Part shown: one piece after another, positions 9,545 to 19,050 of the stretch
Layout of the letters: each line of letters opens with the position of its first letter
Numbering within the stretch: position 1 is the first letter of the stretch
Assembly: GCA_023205875.1 (NCBI GenBank)
Contig: CP060772.1
Span: forward strand, 248,001-312,000
From: Chloropicon primus
Lineage: Eukaryota
DNA: 64,000 nucleotides
Reading direction: 5' to 3'
The notes under the pieces: model-generated
Databases searched by the model: none
Told to the model about the DNA's origin: nothing
Seen by the model: only the letters and a program-made list of their open reading frames with translations
Program-made: the position numbers and the translations under genes

Positions 9545-11866
9545 ATGTTCAAGAAGGAGAGGTACCGGATCGAGCCCTTCAGGCACAGGGTGGACTTGGA
9601 GCCTGACTACAAGGAGAAGACGTGGAAGCGGCTGGAGAGCGCGATGAGGGATATCTTCGACCACAACCCGAGCAAGCTGAGTTTCGAGGAGCTGTACCGG
9701 TGCGCGTACAACATGGTTCTGCACAAGTTTGGCTCTTACTTGTACGAGAACGTGGTGAGGACGATCTCAGCGAGGTTGGAGGTTGTCGGCAGGGAAGTCG
9801 AGAGCGAGTCCGGGCAAGCGTTCTTGCAGCAGCTCGTGCACTCGTGGTCCGACTACACGAGAGCCATGCAGAACATCAGGGACATCTTGATGTACATGAA
9901 CAAGACTTTCGTGAAGCAGCACAACAAGACTCCGGTGCACGAGCTCGGGAACAAGCTGTGGAACGAGAACCTGCTTCAGAGGCCCCTGGTCCGCAGCATC
10001 CTGAGGCAGGTCATCTCGGAGGCCATCTTGAAGTTCCGGGAGAGCTGCCAGGCCAGCGCCGAGAGCGGGGGCGGGGGGGCGGGCAACCACCAGGAGAACA
10101 AGCTCATCTCCGCCGTGGCGAAGATGGCCATGGACATCGGCCCAAAGGTTTACGAGGAGGTCGTGGAGGCCCCGATTCAGCAGGACACCCAGGCCTTCTA
10201 CCGGGCCTTCAGCCAGCAGGCGATCTCGGAGAAGTCCTGCCCCGAGTACCTCAGGAGCCTGAGGAGGTGCCTGGAGGACGAGTCCAGGATGGTGGACATG
10301 TACCTCTTCGAGGGGAGCAAGTCCAAGGTCATAAGCAAGGTGGAAGAGGAGATGATCCAGAACCAGGTCGACGTCATGATCAACATGGAGGGCTCGGGCC
10401 TCCTGCACCAGCTCAAGGGGAGGCACTACGGGGAGCTGGAGCTGATGTACTCGATGCTCAAGAGGTCCCCGAACGGCCTGCCCGCCGCGATCGCGGTGCT
10501 GAGGGACAACATCACGGAGACCGGGACCAAGATCATCCAGCAGAGGGTCTCCACGTCCTCGGACTCGATGCAGGTGGTGAACCAGCTCATCGAGGAGCGG
10601 GCCTTGTACGACACGGTCATCAGGGAGTCTCTCCACGGGGACAAGGCCTTCTCCAACGCCATCCAGCTGTGCTTTGAGAAGGTCCTGAACAGCAACCCGG
10701 CGACCCCGGAGTACCTGTCCGTGTACCTGGACGCCAACCTGAGGAAGGACCTCAAGGGCAAGGCGGACGAGGAGGCCGAGGCCATCATCGACCGGGTGAT
10801 GACCCTCTTCCGGTACCTGCACGAGAAGGACGTGTTCGAGAAGTACTACAAGCAGCACCTGGCCAAGAGGCTGCTGTCCGGGAAGCTCTCGATGGAGGAC
10901 CACGAGAGGACGGTGATCCTCAAGCTCAAGACGGAGTGCGGGTACCAGTTCACGTCCAAGCTCGAGTCCATGTTCAACGACATCAGGACGTCCCAGGACA
11001 TCATGCAGGACTACAAGAACCACCACCTGGCGGCGACGGACGGCGGGGGGGAAGAGGGAAGGCCGTCGCCCATCGACCTCAGCGTGCAGGTCCTGACCAC
11101 GGGGTCCTGGCCCATCGACAGGCCGAGCCAGTTCCGGGTCCCGATCCCCAAGGAGCTCCAGGAGTGCTGCACGTCCTTTGAGGACTTTTACCTCAAGACC
11201 CACTCGGGGAGGAAGCTGGCGTGGCAGACCAACATGGGCTACGGGGAGCTCAGGGCGGGGGGGTTCGAGGACGGCAAGAAGCACGAGCTGTGCGTGACCA
11301 CGGTGCAGATCTGCGTCCTCATGCTCTTCGACGGGGAGGACGGGGGCGGGCCGATCGGGTACGGGGACATCCGGCGGAGGCTGGGCCCGGACCTCCCGGA
11401 GGCGGAGCTCAAGCGCACCCTGCAGAGTCTGGCGTGCGTCAAGGGCAAGAACGTCCTGGTGAAGACCCCCTTGGGCCGGGACATCGGGGACGCCGATGTG
11501 TTCGAGTGGAATGTGGGGTTCCGGAGCAAGCTGTACAGGATCAAGATCCAGCAGATCAGGGGGGTTGATGAACGAGAGGAGAGGGGCGGGGTGGGGGTGA
11601 CGGGGGGGGTCGGCGGCGGTTTGGGGGGAGCGAGGAAGATGGTGGAGGAGGACCGCAAGCCCCAGATCGAGGCCGCCATCGTGAGGGTCATGAAGTCCAG
11701 GCGAGTGATGCAGGTCAGCGTCCTGGTGGGCGAGGTCATTGGGTTGGTGAAGGGCACGTTTAGGCCGGAGGTCGGCATGGTCAAGCAGAGGATCGAGAGC
11801 CTCATCGACAGGGAGTTCCTGGAGAGGGACGAGGGGGACTTTAGGAGGGTGAGGTACATCAGTTAA
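9545..11866 (+). CDS. CUL3: Cullin-3
   Basis: LSFEELYRCAYNMVLHKFG, KDVFEKYYKQHLAKRLL, LKTECGYQFTSKLESMF, HSGRKLAWQTNMG and the neddylation motif IEAAIVRVMKSR. TGTAA at 11925. Confidence 0.96.
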   Translation: MFKKERYRIEPFRHRVDLEPDYKEKTWKRLESAMRDIFDHNPSKLSFEELYRCAYNMVLHKFGSYLYENVVRTISARLEVVGREVESESGQAFLQQLVHSWSDYTRAMQNIRDILMYMNKTFVKQHNKTPVHELGNKLWNENLLQRPLVRSILRQVISEAILKFRESCQASAESGGGGAGNHQENKLISAVAKMAMDIGPKVYEEVVEAPIQQDTQAFYRAFSQQAISEKSCPEYLRSLRRCLEDESRMVDMYLFEGSKSKVISKVEEEMIQNQVDVMINMEGSGLLHQLKGRHYGELELMYSMLKRSPNGLPAAIAVLRDNITETGTKIIQQRVSTSSDSMQVVNQLIEERALYDTVIRESLHGDKAFSNAIQLCFEKVLNSNPATPEYLSVYLDANLRKDLKGKADEEAEAIIDRVMTLFRYLHEKDVFEKYYKQHLAKRLLSGKLSMEDHERTVILKLKTECGYQFTSKLESMFNDIRTSQDIMQDYKNHHLAATDGGGEEGRPSPIDLSVQVLTTGSWPIDRPSQFRVPIPKELQECCTSFEDFYLKTHSGRKLAWQTNMGYGELRAGGFEDGKKHELCVTTVQICVLMLFDGEDGGGPIGYGDIRRRLGPDLPEAELKRTLQSLACVKGKNVLVKTPLGRDIGDADVFEWNVGFRSKLYRIKIQQIRGVDEREERGGVGVTGGVGGGLGGARKMVEEDRKPQIEAAIVRVMKSRRVMQVSVLVGEVIGLVKGTFRPEVGMVKQRIESLIDREFLERDEGDFRRVRYIS

Positions 11867-11992
11867 AGGTTGTGTGTGTTTTGGATTGGTTTTAGGGGGT
11901 TGGGGGCAAGGGGGGTCACAACATTGTAATTGCAAGACAACTTCCATCCGACTTCATGTTCATCCGTTTCGTACTCGCCCGTTATGATTCAG

Positions 11993-12330
11993 CTCAAGCT
12001 GAACAGGCAGGAGGAGCAGAGGAAGCTCGAGGGGTTGGGGAGGGAGGACCTGCCTGCTGGTGTAACCAGATCATCCAAAGTTCGAGCGATATGGGGATCT
12101 GGACCAAGGACTTGAGGACGAAGGCCGGGCTGCAGCAGCCGCAGGTCGCGAAGATCCTCAAGTTTCTCGAGCAGAGGAAGCTGATCAAGTCGATCAAGTG
12201 GGTGACGAACAGGAACAGGAAGGTGTACATGGCGTTTGACGTCCAGCCCAGCACGAGGAGGTGTGTGACCTCCTTTTCGAGTTGCCTCATAACAAGTCCC
12301 CAGTCCCAATCACATGGCGGATCCTGGCTT
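11993..12330 (+). pseudogene. Frameshifted internal fragment of RNA polymerase III subunit RPC34/RPC6 (pseudogene or mis-assembled sequence)
   Basis: KLEGLGREDL.. in one frame continues as QIIQSSSDMGIWTKDLRTKAGLQQPQVAKILKFLEQRKLIKSIK..NRKVYM in another. This is the RPC34 winged-helix region. A degenerate GGSW follows. There is no N- or C-terminus, and indels lie near 12050-12066. Confidence 0.7.
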
Positions 12331-12345
12331 CGAGCTCACTCAGTT

Positions 12346-12471
12346 TTAGATGTCCTCCTCCGACTCCTCCCCTGGTTTCGCTTGCTCCGTATCCACCTCC
12401 ATATTGTTCTCGTCCAGCAGGAGCATTGGATTTTTTTCCACCCAAACCTCCTCGTCCAGGTCGATGTCCAT
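12346..12471 (-). CDS. Possible small acidic ORF (41 aa) or truncated exon, function unknown
   Basis: MDIDLDEEVWVEKNPMLLLDENNMEVDTEQAKPGEESEEDI* has coding-like codon use. It is preceded by a GA-rich leader and CGTTAC motifs like other gene 5' ends here. Confidence 0.35.
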   Translation of the reverse strand: MDIDLDEEVWVEKNPMLLLDENNMEVDTEQAKPGEESEEDI

Positions 12472-12704
12472 CGTCCTCACCGTCTTCACGTCCGTGCTCC
12501 TCAGATGAGACGAACGAGCGAGAGAAGACGCTTCCTTCTGTTTGGGCCTCCGCCTCTCCCTCTCTTCCTCCTCCGCGCGCTCCCGTCCTCGTTCCTTTCT
12601 TTCTCTCTCTCTCGTCTCGTCGTTCGCCCTCGTGGCCTCGGCCGTTACATCGTTACGATCCTTGTACAAGTAACGTCTCTCACCGAATCCTTCGCTCACG
12701 GAGC

Positions 12705-12711
12705 AAAAAAA
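12705..12711 (-). terminator. Pol III oligo-T terminator of the tRNA-Ser gene
   Basis: A run of 7 T on the minus strand directly after the discriminator base. Confidence 0.8.
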
Positions 12712-12817
12712 CGCTGTCTGCAGGATTCGAACCTACGCGGAGAGACTCCAATCGATCTCAAGTGTACATACTGTACCCAGTTCTAGTCGATCTCCTTAAC
12801 CACTCGGACAAGACAGC
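12712..12817 (-). tRNA. trnS-AGA: tRNA-Ser(AGA) with a 24-nt intron at canonical position 37/38 (intron 12757-12780)
   Basis: Acceptor stem GCTGTCT/AGACAGC, D-loop AGTGGTTAA, anticodon stem ATCGA/TCGAT with CT-AGA-A, long variable arm, T arm GTAGG-TTCGAAT-CCTGC and discriminator G. An oligo-T terminator follows immediately. Confidence 0.93.
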
Positions 12818-13537
12818 AGGTGCTCTCAGAGTGGATTTTCCACTCTGTGCACGTTCCAAAATTTGCAAATTTGTCTATATACGCTCAAGTCCGGCGTCCC
12901 CCCTCTCCCCGCCCAACTTCCCTGTTTTGAAAATCCCTTTGTCCTTCGAGAGACGTCTCCCTTTCTGTCCATTCCTCTGTCGGACCTAAACGTCACCCGT
13001 CGTAAATCATCTTAACGGCTCCTCATTCAAACTCCCCAGCCGTCGACAGACAGAACAGAACGCGACGACCGCCGGAGCGGCTGCACGACACCAACACTTC
13101 ACCGACACTTCACCGACACGACACGACACGACACGACACGAGGGTAAGCAACGACAACATCAGCAACGACGAGGACGACGAGCACCATCCCTCGTCGCTC
13201 GTCGCTCGTCGCTCCTTGTTCGCCTTGGGTCGCTTGTTTTGTTTTGTTTTTGAATCAAAAGCAAACCAAAACAAGCGACAACACCAACGACGGTGCAAGA
13301 AGAAGAAGAAGAAGAACCATCCAACGAGGAAAAGATCAACGGGCGTCGAGGGGAACCACGACGACCCACCACGACCTCCTCCTTCCTCCATCATTCTCTC
13401 TTTTTTTGAATCCACCCACAAAAACAAACAAACAAACAAACAAACAAAAAACTAACTCCATTCCATTTTCATCCATCCTTCCCATCCTGCTCCCACCGCC
13501 ACCAAAAAAAGAGAAAAACGTGAAAAACGTCAAGAAG

Positions 13538-14553
13538 ATGGACGACTACATGAAGCTGGAGAAGGTCGGGGAGGGCACTTACGGCAAGGTGTACCGCGCC
13601 AAGGACCTCCGCAACGGCAGGGTCGTCGCCCTGAAGAAGACCCGCCTCGAGATGGAGGAGGAGGGCGTCCCCTCCACCGCACTCAGAGAGGTAAGCGATC
13701 CTCCGTATCCAAACACGAACAAGCTTCTTCTTCTACATCCTCCTTCTATCTGTCACTGACCCCATTCATTCCCGATTTTCCTTCCTTCAATCCTCTTCTT
13801 CTTCAGATCTCCCTGCTGCACATGCTGTCGGAGTCGGACTACGTGGTGAAGCTTCTTTCCGTCGAGCAGGTGGAGGAGAATAACAAGCCGGTGCTGTACT
13901 TGGTGTTCGAGTACCTGGACACGGACTTGAAGAAGTACATGGACCTCACCGGCAAGGGTCCGAACGCGACGCCCGTGCCGATGGACATCGTGAAGCGGCT
14001 GATGTTCCACCTCGTCAAGGGGATCACGCACTGCCACCAGCACGGCGTGCTTCACAGGGACCTCAAGCCCCAGAACCTCCTGGTGGACCGGAGCAAGCTG
14101 GAGCTCAAGATCGCGGACTTGGGTCTGGGGAGGGCGTTCAGCATCCCCCTCAAGTCGTACACCCACGAGATCGTCACCCTGTGGTACAGGGCTCCCGAGA
14201 TTCTCTTGGGTTCCTCGCTGTACTCCACGCCTGTGGACATGTGGTCCATCGGTTGCATCTTCGCCGAGCTCGTGAGGAAGACTCCGCTCTTCCCAGGCGA
14301 GTCCGAGGTCCAGCAGCTCCTGCACATCTTCAAGATCCTGGGGACGCCGGACGAGAGCGTGTGGCCCGGGGTGTCCAAGCTCAAGGACTGGCACGAGTTC
14401 CCCCAGTGGAAGCCCCAGAACCTCAAGACGTTCTTCCCGACCCTCGAGCCGGAGGGCCTCGACCTGCTGAAGAGGTGCCTGGTGTACGACCCCAAGGAGA
14501 GGATCTCCGCCAAGGAGGCCATGGCCCACCCCTTCTTCAGGGAGCTGAAATGA
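13538..14553 (+). CDS. CDKB: B-type cyclin-dependent kinase; exons 13538-13690 and 13807-14553
   Basis: [45 protein letters not shown] and [31 protein letters not shown]. Phase-0 intron GTAAGC(13691)...CAG(13806). Confidence 0.96.
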
Positions 14554-14994
14554 AGTGAGGAGGAGGAGGATTAGGAGGACGAAAAAAATGAACGACTTGA
14601 AGCTGAACGTCGTGCACCTAAATCAATCATGTAGACTCTCTCTCTCTCTCTCTCTGTCTCTGAGAAGCAGGGGAAGAAGGAGAAGAAGAACCGTCGAGCA
14701 CGCTCAGTCTCAGTGTGTGTATTAATATATACCCTTTGCTGCCTTTTTGCTGCCTTTTGTCGTCGTCGAGAGGATCGAAGCTGATGATGATGATCGAGCG
14801 CGGGAATATGAATATGAATATGGAGGAAGAGGACGAAGAAAAAAGTAGGAGGAAACAAGAAGTCGTCGACGACGACGACGGCGACCACGTTGCAGGCTTT
14901 AGAAGGAAGAATAAAGGAGCACAAGAAAATTCCATACTCCCCAAAGCCGCAGAACTCTGCGAATTCCATTCCTAAAAAAAAAAATGAAAACGAC

Positions 14995-15241
14995 GATCCT
15001 AAGCCGATCGATCCTAAAGATCAATCCTAAAGATCGATCCTAAAGATCGATCCTAATCCTATGCGGCTCCTAACTATCCTAAAGGTGAGCCCTAATCCTT
15101 AGCGATCCTTAGCGATCCTAGCCGATCCTAAACACCCATCCTAATCCTAAGATCGATCCTAAACACCCATCCTAAAACCTAAACACCCATCCTAAACACC
15201 CATCCTAAAACCTAAGCCGATCCTAAAGATCATTCCTAAAA
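14995..15241. repeat. Degenerate (AT)CCTAA(A) tract, telomere-like; further scattered copies to ~15565
   Basis: Roughly 20 CCTAA/CCTAG cores, all on the same strand, separated by short GATCGAT, CACCCAT or GCCGAT spacers. Confidence 0.75.
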
Positions 15242-15609
15242 CCACCACTCGTTCGTCCTTTCGAGTCCTCACCACTCGAGAGGAAGATAAAACACCAATG
15301 AAAGACCCAATCAAGAGAGAAAGAAAGTTCTCAAGTTAACCTTGCCTCCTCATCCTTCGTTCGAGCTTTCCCACTCAAGAAATGCCACCCCTGAGTGAGG
15401 AGCAGCAGGGTGCGCCTAATCCGATCCTAATGCCATCCTCTAAACAAACAAACACACGATTCCTAAGTTCCTAAACCCATCCTGTAACCGATTTCAGGAT
15501 TCCTTCCTAACGCACGCCGTCCATCCTCAAGAATCCTGGGCTTTATCCTAACACTTTGCCCTAACACGCTCGCTCGCTTGTAGCAACAACTTGTATCATC
15601 GAGCTGTCT

Positions 15610-15643
<34 letters not shown>

Positions 15644-15902
15644 GCAGTGCTTCTTCCTCCTAATCCGGTGCTTCCTCCTCCAGTATGGTCTCCTCTCCTC
15701 TCCTCCTCAATCATCATCTCTCTCACAGACACAGACACAGACAGGCAGCGAGCCCAGCAGCACCAAAGACACCCGGTCCTCCGTTTCTTGTCCGTGCTGG
15801 TGCAGGTTAGTCCTCATCCGTTCACTCCTCCAGCAAGCCATTCATCCATTGACCTCAGCAGCAGCAGCTCTCTCTCTCTTCTCTCTCTCTCTTTCCTTCA
15901 CG

Positions 15903-17048
15903 ATGAAGTGGACAAAGTTGAAGTTGAAGATGAAGTTGAAGATGATGCCACCAACACTTTCACCACCACCACCACAAACATCATCATCATCATCATCACC
16001 ATCACCACCAAGGTTCACTTGGAAGCAGCACGGAGCACGGCGACACGGGCTCGTTGTCTCCGTCTCCTCCCGCCTCCAACCAACCGCCTGCTCCTCCTCC
16101 AATCATCATCATCCTCATCCTCATCAACTTATTGCCGTCGTGCTGTGCCGTCCGCAGGGCGCGAGGAACGTGGGAGCGGTGGCGAGAAGCATGGCAAACT
16201 TCGGTCTGTCGGATCTCAGGATCGTTTCCCCGATGCGGACGGTGACGGAGGCGTGGGACGCGGAGGCTGTGCCGTATGCGGTGTTCGCTGAGGATGTCCT
16301 GGACCAAGCCAGGACCTTCGGAAGCCTCAGGGAGGCATTGGGGGACTGCGGGCTCGTGCTGGGAACGGGGGCGACGTCCAGGAAGGGATTGCAGGCGCTG
16401 AGCCCGAGGGGTGCGGCCGAGGGGGTCATCGCGGAGGCGGTCGCCGAGGGGACCAAGGTGGCCCTCGTCCTGGGGAACGAGAGGTTTGGCCTGTCCAGGG
16501 AGGAGGTCAGCCTTTGCAGCCACACCATTAACATTCAGACCAGCGTGCCGAGCAAGACGAAGAACAGGAGCACCTCTGAGCACGTCAACAGCTCGCTGAA
16601 CTTGAGCCACGCGGCCGCGATACTGTTCTACGAGGTGTTCACGTCGTCCCCTCGGCGCCCCCTCGGCGCCCCGGAGCAGTCCACCAAGCCAAGCAGGCCG
16701 CTCCCCCTGAAGGCCAAGCTCAAGCTCAAGGACCTCTTGTACCGGTCCAGGAGGCTGCTGGACGTCGGCCCCCCGGCCGGCCACCAGCTCAGGGACGACG
16801 AGGAGAGCCTGACGAGCCTGGTGGCCAGGAACGCGCTCAGCGCAAAGGACGCCTCCGTTCTGTTCCAGATCTGCAAGAGGCTGGAGGTCCTCTCGGGGTC
16901 GAGGATGAACGGCTTGGGGGAGGCCCTCGTTGACCGAGTCGGCGACCACCCTCTGTCCGCGGTGGCGCCTGAGCTCTCCCTCTCCAAGGACGAGCTGGCG
17001 TGGCTGGAGAGGGAGCTCCACATGAAAAGAGATCAGCAGCAGCAGTAG
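15903..17048 (+). CDS. SpoU/TrmH-family (TrmJ/LasT-like) RNA 2'-O-methyltransferase with a putative organellar transit peptide
   Basis: VVLCRPQGARNVGAVARSMANFGLSDLRIVSP, VALVLGNERFGLSREEV and SLNLSHAAAILFYE are SPOUT motifs. The N-terminus is S/P/R-rich. Start uncertain. Confidence 0.88.
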   Translation: MKWTKLKLKMKLKMMPPTLSPPPPQTSSSSSSPSPPRFTWKQHGARRHGLVVSVSSRLQPTACSSSNHHHPHPHQLIAVVLCRPQGARNVGAVARSMANFGLSDLRIVSPMRTVTEAWDAEAVPYAVFAEDVLDQARTFGSLREALGDCGLVLGTGATSRKGLQALSPRGAAEGVIAEAVAEGTKVALVLGNERFGLSREEVSLCSHTINIQTSVPSKTKNRSTSEHVNSSLNLSHAAAILFYEVFTSSPRRPLGAPEQSTKPSRPLPLKAKLKLKDLLYRSRRLLDVGPPAGHQLRDDEESLTSLVARNALSAKDASVLFQICKRLEVLSGSRMNGLGEALVDRVGDHPLSAVAPELSLSKDELAWLERELHMKRDQQQQ

Positions 17049-17178
17049 CAGTTGTCGTCATCGTCGTCGTGAAATGAAATCCACTCGCCTCGCTTGGCTG
17101 GAGAGGGAGCTCCACATGAAAATAGATCAGCAGCAGCAGTCGTCGTCGTGAAATGAAACCCACTCGCTTCGCTTCGCT
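17001..17178 (+). repeat. Imperfect direct duplication (~90 bp) of the methyltransferase 3' end
   Basis: TGGCTGGAGAGGGAGCTCCACATGAAAA...GTGAAATGAAA.CCACTCGC occurs at 17001 and again at 17095. Confidence 0.9.
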
Positions 17179-17241
17179 TGACTTCACTTTGCTTCATCCA
17201 ACGATTGTACACATATCTATATCTATATCTATATCTATATA

Positions 17242-17925
17242 TTATGATGATGCTCCATTCTCTCTTTCCAGCACGATCAAGTCCTTCCGAAAGTTTCGCA
17301 GGATTCGTAGCGTCTCCTCCCCTGCCTCCCCCGCCTCCTCCTTCGTATCATTCATACTCATATTCATACAATAATACACGGTGTCGCTCCAGCCGCCGAT
17401 CCTCCTGCTGCCCACCGGGATCCTCGGCAACTTCAGCAGACCGCCGAGCAGCGCCACGTCAAAGAACTCGAAAAAGTACTTGATGCGGTTCGGCCGGACG
17501 AGCTCCAGGGGAGCCTCCGCGCTCAGGGAGAGGCCCGCCCTCATTCGTATGGTGTTCACGATGGTCCCGGCCTCCGTGTCGACGACCTGAAAGATGGGAT
17601 GATCCTCCTCCCTCGAGAGGAAGGGATCGAGGCTCTTCGTGTCCTTCTCGGTCGTGTACAGGACGTTCCACCTGCCGCTCACCTCCCCCGTGGACCAAGG
17701 GTCCACCCTTTCGTCCTCCAAGAGAAAACCCTCCAGCACCCTGCACTGCTCGTCGATGGACTTGGCCTGCTCGGCCGTGGCCCCGGCCCCTCGCCTCGTT
17801 CCCGCGATGAGCGAGCGCAGCACCTGCTGCTCCTCGCGGTGGGTCGCCGACGCCCGAGCGAGCGGACGCCGATGAAGCCCTCGCGCCATCGAGCAACAAC
17901 CTTGCCTCTCCGTCAACAACAACAT
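17242..17925 (-). CDS. Plastid lipid-associated protein / fibrillin (PAP_fibrillin) family
   Basis: RRGAGATAEQ..SIDE...LE, VSGRWNVLYTTEKD, IFQVVD....IVNTI, GWSDTVY and LRILRNFRKDLIVLER, with a transit-peptide-like N-terminus. Confidence 0.8.
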   Translation of the reverse strand: MLLLTERQGCCSMARGLHRRPLARASATHREEQQVLRSLIAGTRRGAGATAEQAKSIDEQCRVLEGFLLEDERVDPWSTGEVSGRWNVLYTTEKDTKSLDPFLSREEDHPIFQVVDTEAGTIVNTIRMRAGLSLSAEAPLELVRPNRIKYFFEFFDVALLGGLLKLPRIPVGSRRIGGWSDTVYYCMNMSMNDTKEEAGEAGEETLRILRNFRKDLIVLERENGASS

Positions 17926-18888
17926 CCTTCGTCGTCGCGTCGGATTATTTGGTTCGTGATGGACTCCCCAGTCCGTTCCAGCGAGAGACAAACTGCAGAT
18001 GACAAGATCGAGAGTCAACGCCTCGTGGGAAACCTTCCGCTTTCTCTCTCGTCGCCGTCCTCGCCGCCACCGTCCTCGACAAGGTGGGCCACTCGGGTGG
18101 TTTCTCCTTCCCTTTTTGGAAGAAAAGTCAATTCCTCGATCACACCGAGAGCCAAATGGATCAAGTAAGGTATCAATGGAAAGCTCGCGAGGTGTAGTTT
18201 CTCACCGTGTCCACCTCTTGTCCTTTACTCGCTATTATCTCCTTCGATGTTCTCGTTGTTTCTTGTGCTTTCGTGTGCTTTCGTGTTTTTCTGTTCCTCC
18301 AATTGGAGATCAAGCCTGATCCTCAATCAATCAACAGAGCTCTCTCTCTCGCTCGCTCGCTTGCTTGCTCGCTCGTTCGCTTGCTCGCTTGCTGGGAACG
18401 AGGACGGGGACGATTTTGGTCTGATCACCGCCCGATCATCATCATTATCCCCTGATCACGCATCAAAGGTCTTGGTTTGGCTCTTGAAAACGTGCGTACG
18501 TTCGATTGGACCACCCACAAACACCACCGCTTTTGGTCTTGGTGTTTTGGTATTGTTTTCCATTTTCCATTCCAAAGCCACTCTTCCTTCCTCCCATGAC
18601 GAGGACGAAGAATCGTCTGATCGCCTGATCACCACCACCTGATCATCATCACTACCGCCACTTGTAGTTTTGTTTGTTTGATGACTCGAGGATCATCGTT
18701 GGGACTGACCATCACCACTTGCTGACTCTTCTTCTTCTTCTTCTTCTTCTTCTTCTTCTTCTTCTTCTGCTGCTGCTGCTGTTCCAACCAGCCCAAGGAT
18801 CGTCAATCAATCCATCAATCTATCATCCTTCCTTGCTAGCTTGGTTGCTTGCGTGTGTTCCTGCTCCTGTTCCTTCAGCATGCTGCTG

Positions 18889-18952
<64 letters not shown>

Positions 18953-19050
18953 CGCACGCACCACCACCACCACCACCACCATAGGCAAGTGAAGTGAATA
19001 GCAGATTGTTTTATTCTCCCCTTGAAGAACATATCATATTATAGCATAAC

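Noticed and set aside
14571..15830. Possible micro-exon gene around the CCTAA tract
   Set aside because: Some GT/AG-flanked segments exist on both strands, but I could not assemble a consistent ORF with recognisable homology.
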